Positions 9,521 through 19,216 of a stretch of DNA of 64,000 nt are shown here, one piece after another. The notes beneath the pieces were generated by a model that had not been told where the DNA came from, did not search any database, and was given only the letters and a program-made list of their open reading frames with translations. The DNA comes from an uncultured Candidatus Saccharibacteria bacterium (GTDB lineage Bacteria > Patescibacteriota > Saccharimonadia > CAILAD01 > BJGX01). The position numbers and the translations under genes are program-made. How positions within the stretch are numbered: the first letter of the stretch is position 1; each line of letters starts with the position of its first letter. The DNA lies in assembly GCA_964425715.1 (NCBI GenBank), contig CAYRNO010000001.1:10645-74644 (forward strand), in the 5' to 3' direction.

Positions 9521-9889
9521 ATGAATGGTAAGAACCTTCAAGAGTTGATTAGCAATCTCCAAATATTTTACAAATGTCCATCGTGTGGTTCTAGATACAA
9601 GCACGATGATATTACTTTTCTAGGGAGAGTCGACGAACATTGTTTTATGCAACTCAGTTGCAATGAATGTTCACTACCTATCTTAGCAACAGTGCTCTTA
9701 GGAAGTCAGTTGACCAAAAAATCCAAAGAAAAAGTTAGTAAGAGCTTTGGAGGAAAAATTCAAAAGAATGATTTGAGTAGTAAGGAGAAAAGGCATTTTT
9801 CTCAATTGTCACCCATTTCAGCTAATGAGATAGCCAATCTACACTTGTATCTTACGAATAATCAAACAGATCTTGATACTCGATTTTAA
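9521..9889 (+). CDS. zinc-ribbon hypothetical protein
   Basis: 122 aa; CPSCGS ... CNEC four-Cys ribbon. Confidence 0.35.
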   Translation: MNGKNLQELISNLQIFYKCPSCGSRYKHDDITFLGRVDEHCFMQLSCNECSLPILATVLLGSQLTKKSKEKVSKSFGGKIQKNDLSSKEKRHFSQLSPISANEIANLHLYLTNNQTDLDTRF

Positions 9890-9896
9890 ATAAATT

Positions 9897-10601
9897 ATGG
9901 ATAAAATAGTTATAACAGCTCGCACACGCGATATATTTGGAAAGAAATTAGCGTCGTCTCGTAAATCTGGTGATTTGCCGGCTATTGTGTATGGACAAGA
10001 AAAAGAGAATGAGCCAGTATTTCTAAACGCACATGAATTTACTCGAATATTCTCACAAGCTGGTCAAAATACTATAGTTGAACTCAAGATAGATCAAGAC
10101 AAATCATCCAATGTACTTATTCAAGATGTTTCAAGGCATCCAGTTACTAGCGATATCTCTCACGCTGATTTACTAAGAATAAATATGAGTCAATCAATCA
10201 AAACAAATGTCCCTCTAAGCTTTGTGGGCGAGGCACCTGCGGTTTATCAATCAGAAGGCACTCTACTTACCAATATTGAAGAAGTAGAGGTGGAGACTCT
10301 ACCTGCTAAGCTACCTTCAAGTATAGAAGTGGATATAAGTGATCTTGATGATTTCGAAAAGTCTATTCATATAAAGGATTTAGTTGTACCAGAAGGAGTT
10401 GAGATATTAGTGGATCCTGATGAGCTAATATGTAAAGTTGAGCCACCTAGATCTCAAGAAGAAATCGATGCGCTAGACGAAGAAGTTGTTGAGGAAATCC
10501 CTGCAGAAGAAGGAGAAGAGTCTACTGAAGAATCGGAAGTTGAAGAAAGTAAAGAAGGTGAGAGTAAGCAGTCTACAAATGATAACAAAGACTCAAACTA
10601 A
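9897..10601 (+). CDS. rplY: 50S ribosomal protein L25 / general stress protein Ctc (bL25) with acidic C-terminal tail
   Basis: 234 aa; N-terminus KIVITARTRDIFGKKLASSRKSGDLPAIVYGQ typical of L25/Ctc; long E/D-rich C-terminal extension. Confidence 0.8.
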   Translation: MDKIVITARTRDIFGKKLASSRKSGDLPAIVYGQEKENEPVFLNAHEFTRIFSQAGQNTIVELKIDQDKSSNVLIQDVSRHPVTSDISHADLLRINMSQSIKTNVPLSFVGEAPAVYQSEGTLLTNIEEVEVETLPAKLPSSIEVDISDLDDFEKSIHIKDLVVPEGVEILVDPDELICKVEPPRSQEEIDALDEEVVEEIPAEEGEESTEESEVEESKEGESKQSTNDNKDSN

Positions 10602-10768
10602 TAAGCTCAACGAATATTAAAAATAGCTCAGGATAGGGCTTTTTTTAATATCAATAATCAAGGCTATTACTATACACAATATATTAGTATGATGTAAGAA
10701 TATTGCTTTACAAAAAGTAAAAAATTGATATTATTAGAAATTATAAATAGAATAATAATATAGTTCAG

Positions 10769-10798
10769 TAAATACATATTAGTACTAATATGTATTTA
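10769..10798. repeat. 30-bp perfect palindrome TAAATACATATTAGTACTAATATGTATTTA
   Basis: The sequence equals its own reverse complement (checked base by base); lies in the AT-rich gene desert after rplY. Confidence 0.9.
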
Positions 10799-11376
10799 TG
10801 GCTCCTTGCAAATATATGAACTAACACAAAATAGCATTCTATAAATGTGGATTATAATCAACACATTCACGGTACTTAGCTGTTTTAAAAAACGAAAACT
10901 CCATTGGGGTAGATAATTACTATTTACAGATATGAGTAAACAGCTCAATTCTAGCTTTTAATTTATATTTTGTATTATTTAATACAAATGTATGTGTACT
11001 AAATTTATTTTAATATTATAAATATAATGATTCAAAAAAAGTATTAATATTTAAATCAACAGGAGTAATGCATTCATACTAAGCAAACATTACAACAATA
11101 GTAAAAATCTTGAAATACACCTCTCTATAAATATCAAAAAAAATATATTAAATACAATATATGAATCAATAAAAATAAAGAAAAATTAATAATAATACAG
11201 ATAAGGTAACTATATAAAAACAAAAAAGTAATTAAAAATAAAAGTTGTAAAAAAAACATAACTATTTTAGCGATATATATAAATCATGATAATATAATTT
11301 CATGCAAAGTTCGCATGATTGTAAACCAGTGCAGGTTAGACTATAATTTTAAAAGTCCTATTTGGATGTGATGTGA

Positions 11377-11453
<77 letters not shown>

Positions 11454-11464
11454 TTTTTATTACA

Positions 11465-11492
11465 TTGTAAATACATTTATAGTTGATATAAT
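11465..11492 (+). promoter_or_regulatory. sigma70-like promoter (TTGTAA-16-TATAAT) for the thrS leader
   Basis: -35-like TTGTAA, 16-nt spacer, consensus -10 TATAAT. Confidence 0.4.
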
Positions 11493-11498
11493 ACAAAC

Positions 11499-11663
11499 TA
11501 GTTGAATAAGACTATACATAAGCCCAACCAACTTATGTGTCTCGATCTAGCAAGCGTTATTGTTAGGACAAAGCGATCCACCAAGGATAAGCCCGGTGGA
11601 ACCTCCCGCGAGAGTGGGACCGGGCATGAGATGGTGGTTTTATTATTTAAAAAAGGAAATATT
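11499..11663 (+). promoter_or_regulatory. thrS leader: putative reduced T-box-like attenuator
   Basis: Stem ACATAAG/CTTATGT with apical loop CCCAACCAA (ACC-A = Thr codon plus purine); GGTGGAACC...CGCG resembles the T-box core AGGGUGGNACCGCG, and its UGGA bulge complements a UCCA tRNA end; nested hairpin (CCACCA...CCCGGT..ACCGGG...TGGTGG) followed by a T-run just before the thrS SD. Confidence 0.35.
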
Positions 11664-13475
11664 ATGGAATACGACAATATGCACAAAATACGACATAGCC
11701 TAGCACATATACTTGCTGCTGTAATGCAAAATAAGCACCCAGAAGCTAAGTTTGGGGTAGGACCTGTGGTTGGGGATGGTTTTTACTACGATATGCTCTT
11801 AAACGAGCCGCTAAAGCTTGAGGAGCTCAAGAGCATTGAAAGTGATATGCGAAAAATCATATCTAGTGGTATAGATTTCGTAAGAGAAGAATGGGCAATA
11901 GATGATGCAATAGAATACTTTAATAAGAAAGGCCAAGTATATAAGGTAGAATTACTAAAAGACCTCAAGCAAAAAGGTACTACTTCTCTTAAGGATGCTG
12001 GGGATAGTGACCTTGTAGATGGTAATGGCAATATAGAAACAGTTACTGTTTACAAAACTGGGGAATTTGTAGATCTATGCAAAGGCCGCCATGTATCAAA
12101 TACCACTGAGCTAGCCAAAATAGGCTTTAAATTGACCAAAATCGCAGGTGCATATTGGAGAGGAAATGAAGCAAATGACCAGTTGCAGCGTATATATGGT
12201 GTTGCTTTTACAACAGAATCAGAATTATCTAAATTCTTAAGTATGTTGGAAGAAGCAGAGAAACGAGACCATCGAAAGCTTGGCAAAGAACTTGATCTGT
12301 TTACATTCTCCGATCTGGTCGGGCCGGGTTTACCAATGTATACCCCTCGTGGAACTGTATTAATCGAAGAGCTTAAGGCTGTGCTCAAGGATTTAGGAGC
12401 AAAGTACGACATGCAGCAAGTTTCAATACCGCATCTTGCCAAAATAGATCTTTACAATACGTCAGGGCATGCTGAGAAATTCGAAGATGAATTATTCATG
12501 GTCCAGAGTCATTACAAGCAAGAATTCGTATTAAAACCCGTCAACTGTCCACATCATACCCAGATATATGCTTCAAGACCAAGAAGTTATCGTGACTTAC
12601 CAATCAGGTATGTAGAGCAGACTATGCAGTATCGAGATGAAAAGCCCGGGGAACTAGGTGGATTACAACGTACTAGAGGGTTTACAGTAGATGACGGACA
12701 TACATTCTGTACCTTAGAACAGATAGAGCAAGAAGTAGAAATGATAATAGAAATCATATCAGGTTTTTATCAATCTCTAGGTCTTTGGGGAAATCATTGG
12801 GTTTCTCTGTCAGTGCGGGACTCAAAAACCCCAGACAAGTATATCGGAGATGATAAAGACTGGGGGCAATCTGAATTTATTTTGGATAAAGTAGCTAAGA
12901 GCAAGGGATTGAATGCAAAACGAATGGACGGCGAAGCTGCATTATATGGTCCAAAGCTAGACTTTATGTTCAAAGATGCTCTAGGCAGAGAGACACAGCT
13001 GGCTACAGTTCAGCTTGATTTTGCTACCCCAAAAAGGTTCGGACTTGTTTATACCGACCAAGAAGGTAATGAGATTAATCCAATAATGATCCATCGCGCT
13101 ATATTTGGTTCATTCGAAAGATTTATCATGATACTTATTGAGCATTTTGCAGGAGCTTTTCCTCTCTGGCTAGCACCTGAGCAGGTAAGGATATTGCCAG
13201 TTTCTGAGAAGTTTGTGGATTATGCCCAAGAAGTTGGGTTAAAACTAAAAGATTCCAATATAAGAGCAGTAACTGATGATAGTTCAGAGTCATTAGGTAA
13301 AAGAATTCGTAATGCTGAGATGATGAAGGTGCCATATATATTGGTAGTAGGTGAAAAGGAGACCTCATCCAAAACTGTGGCTGTAAGAAAATATCAAAAA
13401 GGTGACATAGGATCTAGTACAATAGATGACTTTTTAACAACATTAAAAGAAAAAATCAAAAATCGTTCTCTATAA
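11664..13475 (+). CDS. thrS: threonyl-tRNA synthetase
   Basis: Class II ThrRS: N-terminal MEYDNMHKIRHSLAHILAAV..., catalytic core, C-terminal anticodon-binding domain; start taken at the Met after SD AAGGAAA (the longer ORF from 11502 would read through the structured leader). Confidence 0.9.
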   Translation: MEYDNMHKIRHSLAHILAAVMQNKHPEAKFGVGPVVGDGFYYDMLLNEPLKLEELKSIESDMRKIISSGIDFVREEWAIDDAIEYFNKKGQVYKVELLKDLKQKGTTSLKDAGDSDLVDGNGNIETVTVYKTGEFVDLCKGRHVSNTTELAKIGFKLTKIAGAYWRGNEANDQLQRIYGVAFTTESELSKFLSMLEEAEKRDHRKLGKELDLFTFSDLVGPGLPMYTPRGTVLIEELKAVLKDLGAKYDMQQVSIPHLAKIDLYNTSGHAEKFEDELFMVQSHYKQEFVLKPVNCPHHTQIYASRPRSYRDLPIRYVEQTMQYRDEKPGELGGLQRTRGFTVDDGHTFCTLEQIEQEVEMIIEIISGFYQSLGLWGNHWVSLSVRDSKTPDKYIGDDKDWGQSEFILDKVAKSKGLNAKRMDGEAALYGPKLDFMFKDALGRETQLATVQLDFATPKRFGLVYTDQEGNEINPIMIHRAIFGSFERFIMILIEHFAGAFPLWLAPEQVRILPVSEKFVDYAQEVGLKLKDSNIRAVTDDSSESLGKRIRNAEMMKVPYILVVGEKETSSKTVAVRKYQKGDIGSSTIDDFLTTLKEKIKNRSL

Positions 13476-14347
13476 TGAATAGTAATTCTAAGTTTATAAC
13501 TATACTCGGTCCTACAGCATCTGGTAAGACTGCTATGGCTATACAATTAGCTCAGAATTACAACGGTGAAATTATTTGTGCTGATTCAAGAACGATTTAT
13601 AAAGGAATGGATATAGGAACAGCAAAGCCTACTAAGGAAGAACAAAAAGTAGTTAAACATCATATGTTGGATATTTGCGAACCAAATAGAGTATTTAGCT
13701 CGGCAGAATTCAAAGTGATGGCGCAGAAAACAATTCTAGACATACAACAAAGAGATAAAACAGCATTTCTAGTTGGAGGAAGCGGTATGTACATTGACGC
13801 TGTATTGTTTGATTATAAGTTTAGGAATGATAAATCTAGCGTATCCATAGGTAGACTATCTCAGTATCCACTTGAAAAACTTCAATCCGCTGCTCAAAAA
13901 AAATTCCCAAAAGACTATGAGAAGATTGATAATAAAAACAGACGTAGATTGATACAGCTTATTACAAAAGGACCTAGTAAAGATGAAGATAGAAATAATG
14001 ACATATCCAGCAAATTGGTGCTAGGTATAGATCAGAATAGGCTTATACTGAAGCAAAATATAGAAGTAAGAACAAAATTAATATTGAAGCAAAATTTTAT
14101 ACAAGAAGTTAGAGAGCTAAGGGATAAATATGGCGAGACAGAAGTATTAAGACAAACAACAGGGTATAGTGAAGTATTAGATTATTTGAATGGTAAAATT
14201 AAAAATAAGGACGATTTATTCGGTGCTATAGTTAATTCTACTTGGCAACTATCCAGAAAACAGATGAGCTGGTTTCGAAGAAATAAACACATCGTATGGA
14301 TTTATAACCTAGGCCAAGCCACCAACCTTATAGAGCAATATCTATAA
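13475..14347 (+). CDS. miaA: tRNA dimethylallyltransferase
   Basis: 290 aa; P-loop ILGPTASGKT, ICADSRTIYKGMDIGTAKPT region; start overlaps the thrS stop. Confidence 0.85.
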   Translation: MNSNSKFITILGPTASGKTAMAIQLAQNYNGEIICADSRTIYKGMDIGTAKPTKEEQKVVKHHMLDICEPNRVFSSAEFKVMAQKTILDIQQRDKTAFLVGGSGMYIDAVLFDYKFRNDKSSVSIGRLSQYPLEKLQSAAQKKFPKDYEKIDNKNRRRLIQLITKGPSKDEDRNNDISSKLVLGIDQNRLILKQNIEVRTKLILKQNFIQEVRELRDKYGETEVLRQTTGYSEVLDYLNGKIKNKDDLFGAIVNSTWQLSRKQMSWFRRNKHIVWIYNLGQATNLIEQYL

Positions 14348-14381
14348 AGACACTTCTAATCACCTCTGATACAATAGACTT

Positions 14382-15770
14382 ATGAAGAAAAAGATTGCAA
14401 TATACTCTGCAAAGTTAGCAAAAGCTGCTTCAAAGCTTTCTGGTAAGGGAGGGACAGCACTCCCAGGTTTGTTAGCTGATAAAGTGGACCCAAACTTATT
14501 ACAAAAGCTGGTCAAGGGTAATTTCAATAAAGGCATAATAGTTGTTACTGGTACCAATGGCAAGACCACAGTTAGTATGATGGTGTCTGATATTTTGACC
14601 CATAACAATATTTCTCATATCAGGAATTCAGCTGGCTCAAATATGAAGAGAGGTATATTGTCTACATTACTTGATAATTGTGATAATAATGGAAAATGCA
14701 AGGAGGAAATGGCTGTATTAGAGGTAGATGAAGCCTATATCCCTGTTATTTGTCCTATTATTAAGCCTAAAATTGTTGTGGTAACAAATCTATTTCGAGA
14801 TCAACTCGATAGATATGGTGAACTAGATAGAATAGCAAATAGTTTTCGGGAAGTGTTTGGATCTTTGGATGCTAAAATCATACTCAATGCAGACGATCCT
14901 CTGGTAGCAAGTCTTTCGACAGGTAAAAATACTTCATTTTTTGGCATTTCTGACTACAAAGGTGACAAGATAGAAAATGATCATACATCTGACAGCATAT
15001 TTAATACAAATAATGGAGAAGAGTTGCTATATTCACAACGATATTTCGGTCATATAGGTATTTATAGGTCAAAGGATGGATTAATCACACGACCAAAACC
15101 TCAAGTTGAAGTATTGAAAATGCATGAATTGACAAAAGAATTTTCAAGGATAGAAGTAAAAACAACAACACAAACTAAAAATATAGAAATAAAATTACCT
15201 TTGCCAGGTATATATAATATATACAATGCTATAGCTGCAATATCTGTAGCTGATAGTATGAAGTTACCCAATAATAATACGGTAAAATCCCTTGTAAGTA
15301 CCTTGGCGGCCTTTGGTAGGTCTGAAAATATTACTTATAATAATAAGTCCTTTAAGTTACTGCTTATAAAGAATCCTACTGGTTTCAATCAGATAATTCA
15401 GACTTTTTTGAAGCCAACACCTCAGTCTACAGCAGTATTATTTGCAATAAATGACAAGATTGCAGATGGTAGAGATATATCTTGGTTGTGGGATGTTGCC
15501 ATAGAAGATATATCAAAGTATTCTGGCCATATAGTGTGTTCTGGAACTAGAGCATATGATATGGCATTGCGGCTTAAGTATGCAGGAATAAAAAACTATA
15601 CTATTGAGCCAAACATTACTAAAGCTGTTGAGAAGATTTGCGAAGCTAAAGATTCTAGTAATATTTATGTTTTACCGACCTATACAGCAATGCTAGAATT
15701 GCGCGAGAAACTCACTAGGCAAAAAGATCTCAATAAGATTAATAATAGAGATAAGGTAAAAAGCATATGA
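14382..15770 (+). CDS. murT: lipid II isoglutaminyl synthase subunit MurT (Mur-ligase domain + DUF1727)
   Basis: 462 aa; Mur ligase P-loop VVTGTNGKTT; C-terminal DGRDISWLWDV (DUF1727-like); immediately followed by a GatD-like amidotransferase. Confidence 0.7.
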   Translation: MKKKIAIYSAKLAKAASKLSGKGGTALPGLLADKVDPNLLQKLVKGNFNKGIIVVTGTNGKTTVSMMVSDILTHNNISHIRNSAGSNMKRGILSTLLDNCDNNGKCKEEMAVLEVDEAYIPVICPIIKPKIVVVTNLFRDQLDRYGELDRIANSFREVFGSLDAKIILNADDPLVASLSTGKNTSFFGISDYKGDKIENDHTSDSIFNTNNGEELLYSQRYFGHIGIYRSKDGLITRPKPQVEVLKMHELTKEFSRIEVKTTTQTKNIEIKLPLPGIYNIYNAIAAISVADSMKLPNNNTVKSLVSTLAAFGRSENITYNNKSFKLLLIKNPTGFNQIIQTFLKPTPQSTAVLFAINDKIADGRDISWLWDVAIEDISKYSGHIVCSGTRAYDMALRLKYAGIKNYTIEPNITKAVEKICEAKDSSNIYVLPTYTAMLELREKLTRQKDLNKINNRDKVKSI

Positions 15771-16483
15771 AACCCATAAAAATACTACATCTTTACCCTG
15801 ATAGAATGAGTATTTATGGTGATTATGGCAATATTATAGCTTTGACAAAGCGTATGGAATGGCGCAATATCAAGTGTCAATACCATGCATTATCTGTAGG
15901 TGATAAATTAAAAGAAGATTATGACATCATATTCATGGGGGGAGGACAAGATAAGGGTCAAAGTTATGTTGCACAAGACTTACTTTTACAATCAGGTAAG
16001 ATTCATGAGCATTTTAATCTCAATAAGCCTATTCTTACTATTTGCGGCGGATATCAATTATTTGGTAGGTATTTTATAACTTCTGATGGAAGTGAGTTGC
16101 CCGGTATAGGTATATTCAATATCGTTACCAAAGCCACAAGCAATCGTATGATAGGAAATGTTTTGATCAAGAGTGAGCGTTTTGGAGAACTTATAGGATT
16201 TGAAAATCACAGTGGGGAGACGGAGTTAGATGGCGTAGAAAAGCCTCTTGGTATAGTATTGAAGGGGTATGGTAATAACAAACACTCAAAAAATGAAGGA
16301 GTCATCTCAAAGAGTGCGATCGGAACGTATTTACACGGATCTTTCTTGCCAAAAAATCCAGTAGTTGCAGATTTTCTCATCCAACAAGCTATTGCTATTC
16401 AAGACCCTGAATACAAACTTAGCTCATTAGAAGACATTTTAGAATTAAAAGCCTTTAATTCCGCCAAAAAAAGACCTCAATAA
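15767..16483 (+). CDS. gatD: lipid II isoglutaminyl synthase glutaminase subunit GatD (CobB/CobQ-type GATase)
   Basis: 238 aa; catalytic Cys in ICGGYQLFG and His in YLHGSF; 4-nt overlap with murT. Confidence 0.7.
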   Translation: MKPIKILHLYPDRMSIYGDYGNIIALTKRMEWRNIKCQYHALSVGDKLKEDYDIIFMGGGQDKGQSYVAQDLLLQSGKIHEHFNLNKPILTICGGYQLFGRYFITSDGSELPGIGIFNIVTKATSNRMIGNVLIKSERFGELIGFENHSGETELDGVEKPLGIVLKGYGNNKHSKNEGVISKSAIGTYLHGSFLPKNPVVADFLIQQAIAIQDPEYKLSSLEDILELKAFNSAKKRPQ

Positions 16484-16594
16484 TTATTCAATTCAATAGT
16501 AGTTGTTATTTGTGTTCAATATAATGTATAATCAGCTTTAAGTAAGTAGATATATGGTTGAATAAATATATCAAATACGAGGAGAGGTAGAATA

Positions 16595-17269
16595 ATGTTT
16601 GAACAATTGTTTGGATCAAAGACACGTGTAAAGCTTCTGAGTTTGTTTTATAACAACCCTGAACGTCCTTTTTATGTGCGAGAGATTACGCGTAAAATTG
16701 ACGAGCAAATCAATTCTGTAAGACGGGAACTGCAAAATTTGCTAAACATCGGAATTGTTAGATCGGTCAATCAAGGTAATCGTTTGTATTATGAAATAAA
16801 TCAAAAATATAAGTTTCATAAAGAGCTTCAATCCATTTTTTCAAAAATTCCCTCTAAGTCAAAAGCTATCAAGCAAACTAAAGAAGATGATCAAATCCTA
16901 AGAAGAGTGCAAAAAGCAGGTAATTTACACATCTTATTTTTGACGGGTGCATTTGTAAGAGGTAGCAATCAACAGATTGATATATTCATTGTAGGCGATA
17001 TGAACAAAGCAAAGCTAGCACAAATAGTTGCTGAGATAGAGAAAGAAATGACTAGAGAATTGAACTACACTGCAATGCGTCTGGAGGATTTTGACTATAG
17101 ACGAAATCTCAATGATCGATTTCTAACAGATATATTAGATTCGAAGAAGGTAGTATTGCTAGACAGCTTAGGTATATTCAAGGCAAGTGACGATACAGTC
17201 TTGGTGGGTGAAGAAAGATCAAATGATACAGATGAAAATGGAGCTACTAAGGTGGCGGTAGAGGGCTGA
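16595..17269 (+). CDS. winged-helix transcriptional regulator fused to a minimal nucleotidyltransferase-like domain
   Basis: 224 aa; N-terminal wHTH (KLLSLFYNNPERPFYVREITRKI); central RGSNQQIDIFIVGD resembles the pol-beta NTase GS...D.D motif. Confidence 0.4.
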   Translation: MFEQLFGSKTRVKLLSLFYNNPERPFYVREITRKIDEQINSVRRELQNLLNIGIVRSVNQGNRLYYEINQKYKFHKELQSIFSKIPSKSKAIKQTKEDDQILRRVQKAGNLHILFLTGAFVRGSNQQIDIFIVGDMNKAKLAQIVAEIEKEMTRELNYTAMRLEDFDYRRNLNDRFLTDILDSKKVVLLDSLGIFKASDDTVLVGEERSNDTDENGATKVAVEG

Positions 17270-17282
17270 TAAGGGTATATGA

Positions 17283-18338
17283 ATGAGTTCTCTACCGAGA
17301 AAACCCCAAGCATCCCATAGAACTAGCATAGTAATATCCCCACTTACTTTTATTTATCTACTTCTTACGCTGTTTCTTGTATGGATATCATTTCAAATTT
17401 CAGGAATTATCATTTCTCTTGTGGTAGCAGGAATCTTTGCAGTTGCGCTTAATCCAATTGTGTCTTCAATTGAGAAAAAATTACGCATTAGAAGAGGATT
17501 AGCAGTCGCTATAGTAGTAGTAAGTATAGTAGTGGTGTTTATAACAACAATAGCTCTTATTATACCTAGCCTAATAGAACAAGGCGGCACATTGTCTTCA
17601 AAGATTCCGGAGTATCAAGTGAGGATCCGGGAATATGCTAATGAAAAGACTTATACCAGATACATATACGATAAAACTTCCGAAGCAATTCAGGACAATA
17701 CTAGTCGTGTTTCTTCCAATGTAGCATCAATTTCTGTTGGAGTAGCAGGTAGTATATTTAATTTTTTAACATTTTTTGTTTTTTTAATATATATGCTGGC
17801 AAGTGGCAGGAAGTTTGCAGTTATTCTTTCTAATCTGTTGCCAAAAAAACAATGGCGTAAGCAATTTATCGAAATTTCAAATGATATCTCTAATAAATTG
17901 GGAAGGTGGCTGAGGGGTCAAGCCGTACTGTGTCTGATAATATTTGTTGTTAGCTATATAGGACTTACAATTCTTGGTGTAGACTATGCTTTGACTCTAG
18001 CATTGTTTGCAGGTCTAATGGAGGCTGTCCCAATGGTAGGGGCTTATTTGGGGGCAATACCAGCAGTTGTTGTAGCTTTATTGAGCGGCTCTCCTGTAAA
18101 AGCAGTTATTGTAGCAATATTTTTCTTAATAATGCAACAGCTTGAAGGATCTTTGGTGGTGCCTCAAGTGATGAAAAAAGCGGTAGGCGTACATCCTATG
18201 CTTGTTTTATTGGCAGCCATGATTGGAGGTACGCTTTTGGGTATCGTAGGCGTGCTGATTGCTGTACCTGTAACAGCTGCAGCATCTGTTATTATTGGTA
18301 GTTTATATCAAAAATATAGTGATTCTATTGAAAAATAA
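17283..18338 (+). CDS. AI-2E family transporter (PerM/YdiK-like permease)
   Basis: 351 aa; about 8 TM helices; conserved central/C-terminal region typical of UPF0118/AI-2E. Confidence 0.55.
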   Translation: MSSLPRKPQASHRTSIVISPLTFIYLLLTLFLVWISFQISGIIISLVVAGIFAVALNPIVSSIEKKLRIRRGLAVAIVVVSIVVVFITTIALIIPSLIEQGGTLSSKIPEYQVRIREYANEKTYTRYIYDKTSEAIQDNTSRVSSNVASISVGVAGSIFNFLTFFVFLIYMLASGRKFAVILSNLLPKKQWRKQFIEISNDISNKLGRWLRGQAVLCLIIFVVSYIGLTILGVDYALTLALFAGLMEAVPMVGAYLGAIPAVVVALLSGSPVKAVIVAIFFLIMQQLEGSLVVPQVMKKAVGVHPMLVLLAAMIGGTLLGIVGVLIAVPVTAAASVIIGSLYQKYSDSIEK

Positions 18339-18365
18339 ACTTCAATTTACTGATATAATATAGCT

Positions 18366-18896
18366 ATGGAAATAACCAAGACAGATAATAACGCTTTTCT
18401 TATAAACTCAAAATTATTAACCTTGGCAATAAATTCGTATGCTGCAAAAGCAGAGGTGTTGCTTTTTTCAGGTAAGACCACTGATATAATCAAGAATGCC
18501 GAAGCTAAGGTATTTGATTCTGCGGGTGAGTATGAAGTCAAAAAATGTATGATTGATGCAGTACAAATAGACGAAGAGGTGGGGTTCACTGTTTTGATTG
18601 ATGGAGTTCAATTGGCTTACCTGGGTAATATAAATCAAGTGCTTACAGATAAACAAGTTGAGGTCTTTGCAGCAGTAGATGTATTGATTCTACCTATTGT
18701 TGGGGATAAGGCCGAAATTACTACTAAATTGATTAGCCAGATTGAGCCAAGCATAGTTATACCACACAGCTATACTGAAGATTTGATAGATGTATTTGGT
18801 AAAGAATTTGGATCTGATATAGAGAAGACTTCCAGGTTTAAAATAAGCAAAAAAGATCTGAGCGAGTCAGATAAACAAAAATTAGTTATCCTATAG
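18366..18896 (+). CDS. degenerate MBL-fold (UPF0173-like) protein lacking the HxHxDH motif
   Basis: 176 aa; C-terminal VDVLILPIVGDKAEI...IEPSIVIPHSY resembles the end of UPF0173 metal-dependent hydrolases; no His motif. Confidence 0.3.
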   Translation: MEITKTDNNAFLINSKLLTLAINSYAAKAEVLLFSGKTTDIIKNAEAKVFDSAGEYEVKKCMIDAVQIDEEVGFTVLIDGVQLAYLGNINQVLTDKQVEVFAAVDVLILPIVGDKAEITTKLISQIEPSIVIPHSYTEDLIDVFGKEFGSDIEKTSRFKISKKDLSESDKQKLVIL

Positions 18897-18915
18897 TATT
18901 GCTTGACTATTTTTA

Positions 18916-19164
18916 TTATTTAGCTGATTCTAATGCACTTTTTGCTGGGTTATTAGCTTGCTCAATATTATCTATCTGATTCTGGTATTTCTTCAGAGTA
19001 CGAATAGTTGAAGCAGCTAGCTTGAGTCTGACTTTTTGGCCATCAATTACTAGTGTTTTAGTTTGCAAATTTGGCTTCCAGGCTTTCTTGGTAGCTCGAA
19101 GAGAATGGGAACGATTGTTTCCAAACTGCTTGCCTTTGTTGGTGATGTCGCATTTGTATGACAT
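18916..19164 (-). CDS. rpmB: 50S ribosomal protein L28
   Basis: 82 aa; MSYKCDITNKGKQFGNNRSHSLRATKKAWKPNLQ matches the bL28 N-terminus. Confidence 0.8.
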   Translation of the reverse strand: MSYKCDITNKGKQFGNNRSHSLRATKKAWKPNLQTKTLVIDGQKVRLKLAASTIRTLKKYQNQIDNIEQANNPAKSALESAK

Positions 19165-19216
19165 AAGTATAAATTTAACTTAGTTATCTTAGCATATCGG
19201 TTAGTTTACTGCAAGA

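Noticed and set aside
11498-11686. 62-aa minus-strand ORF and the 5' extension of the thrS ORF back to 11502
   Set aside because: Both run through the GC-rich structured leader (T-box-like attenuator). The thrS start at 11664 has a proper SD, and conserved ThrRS sequence begins there.
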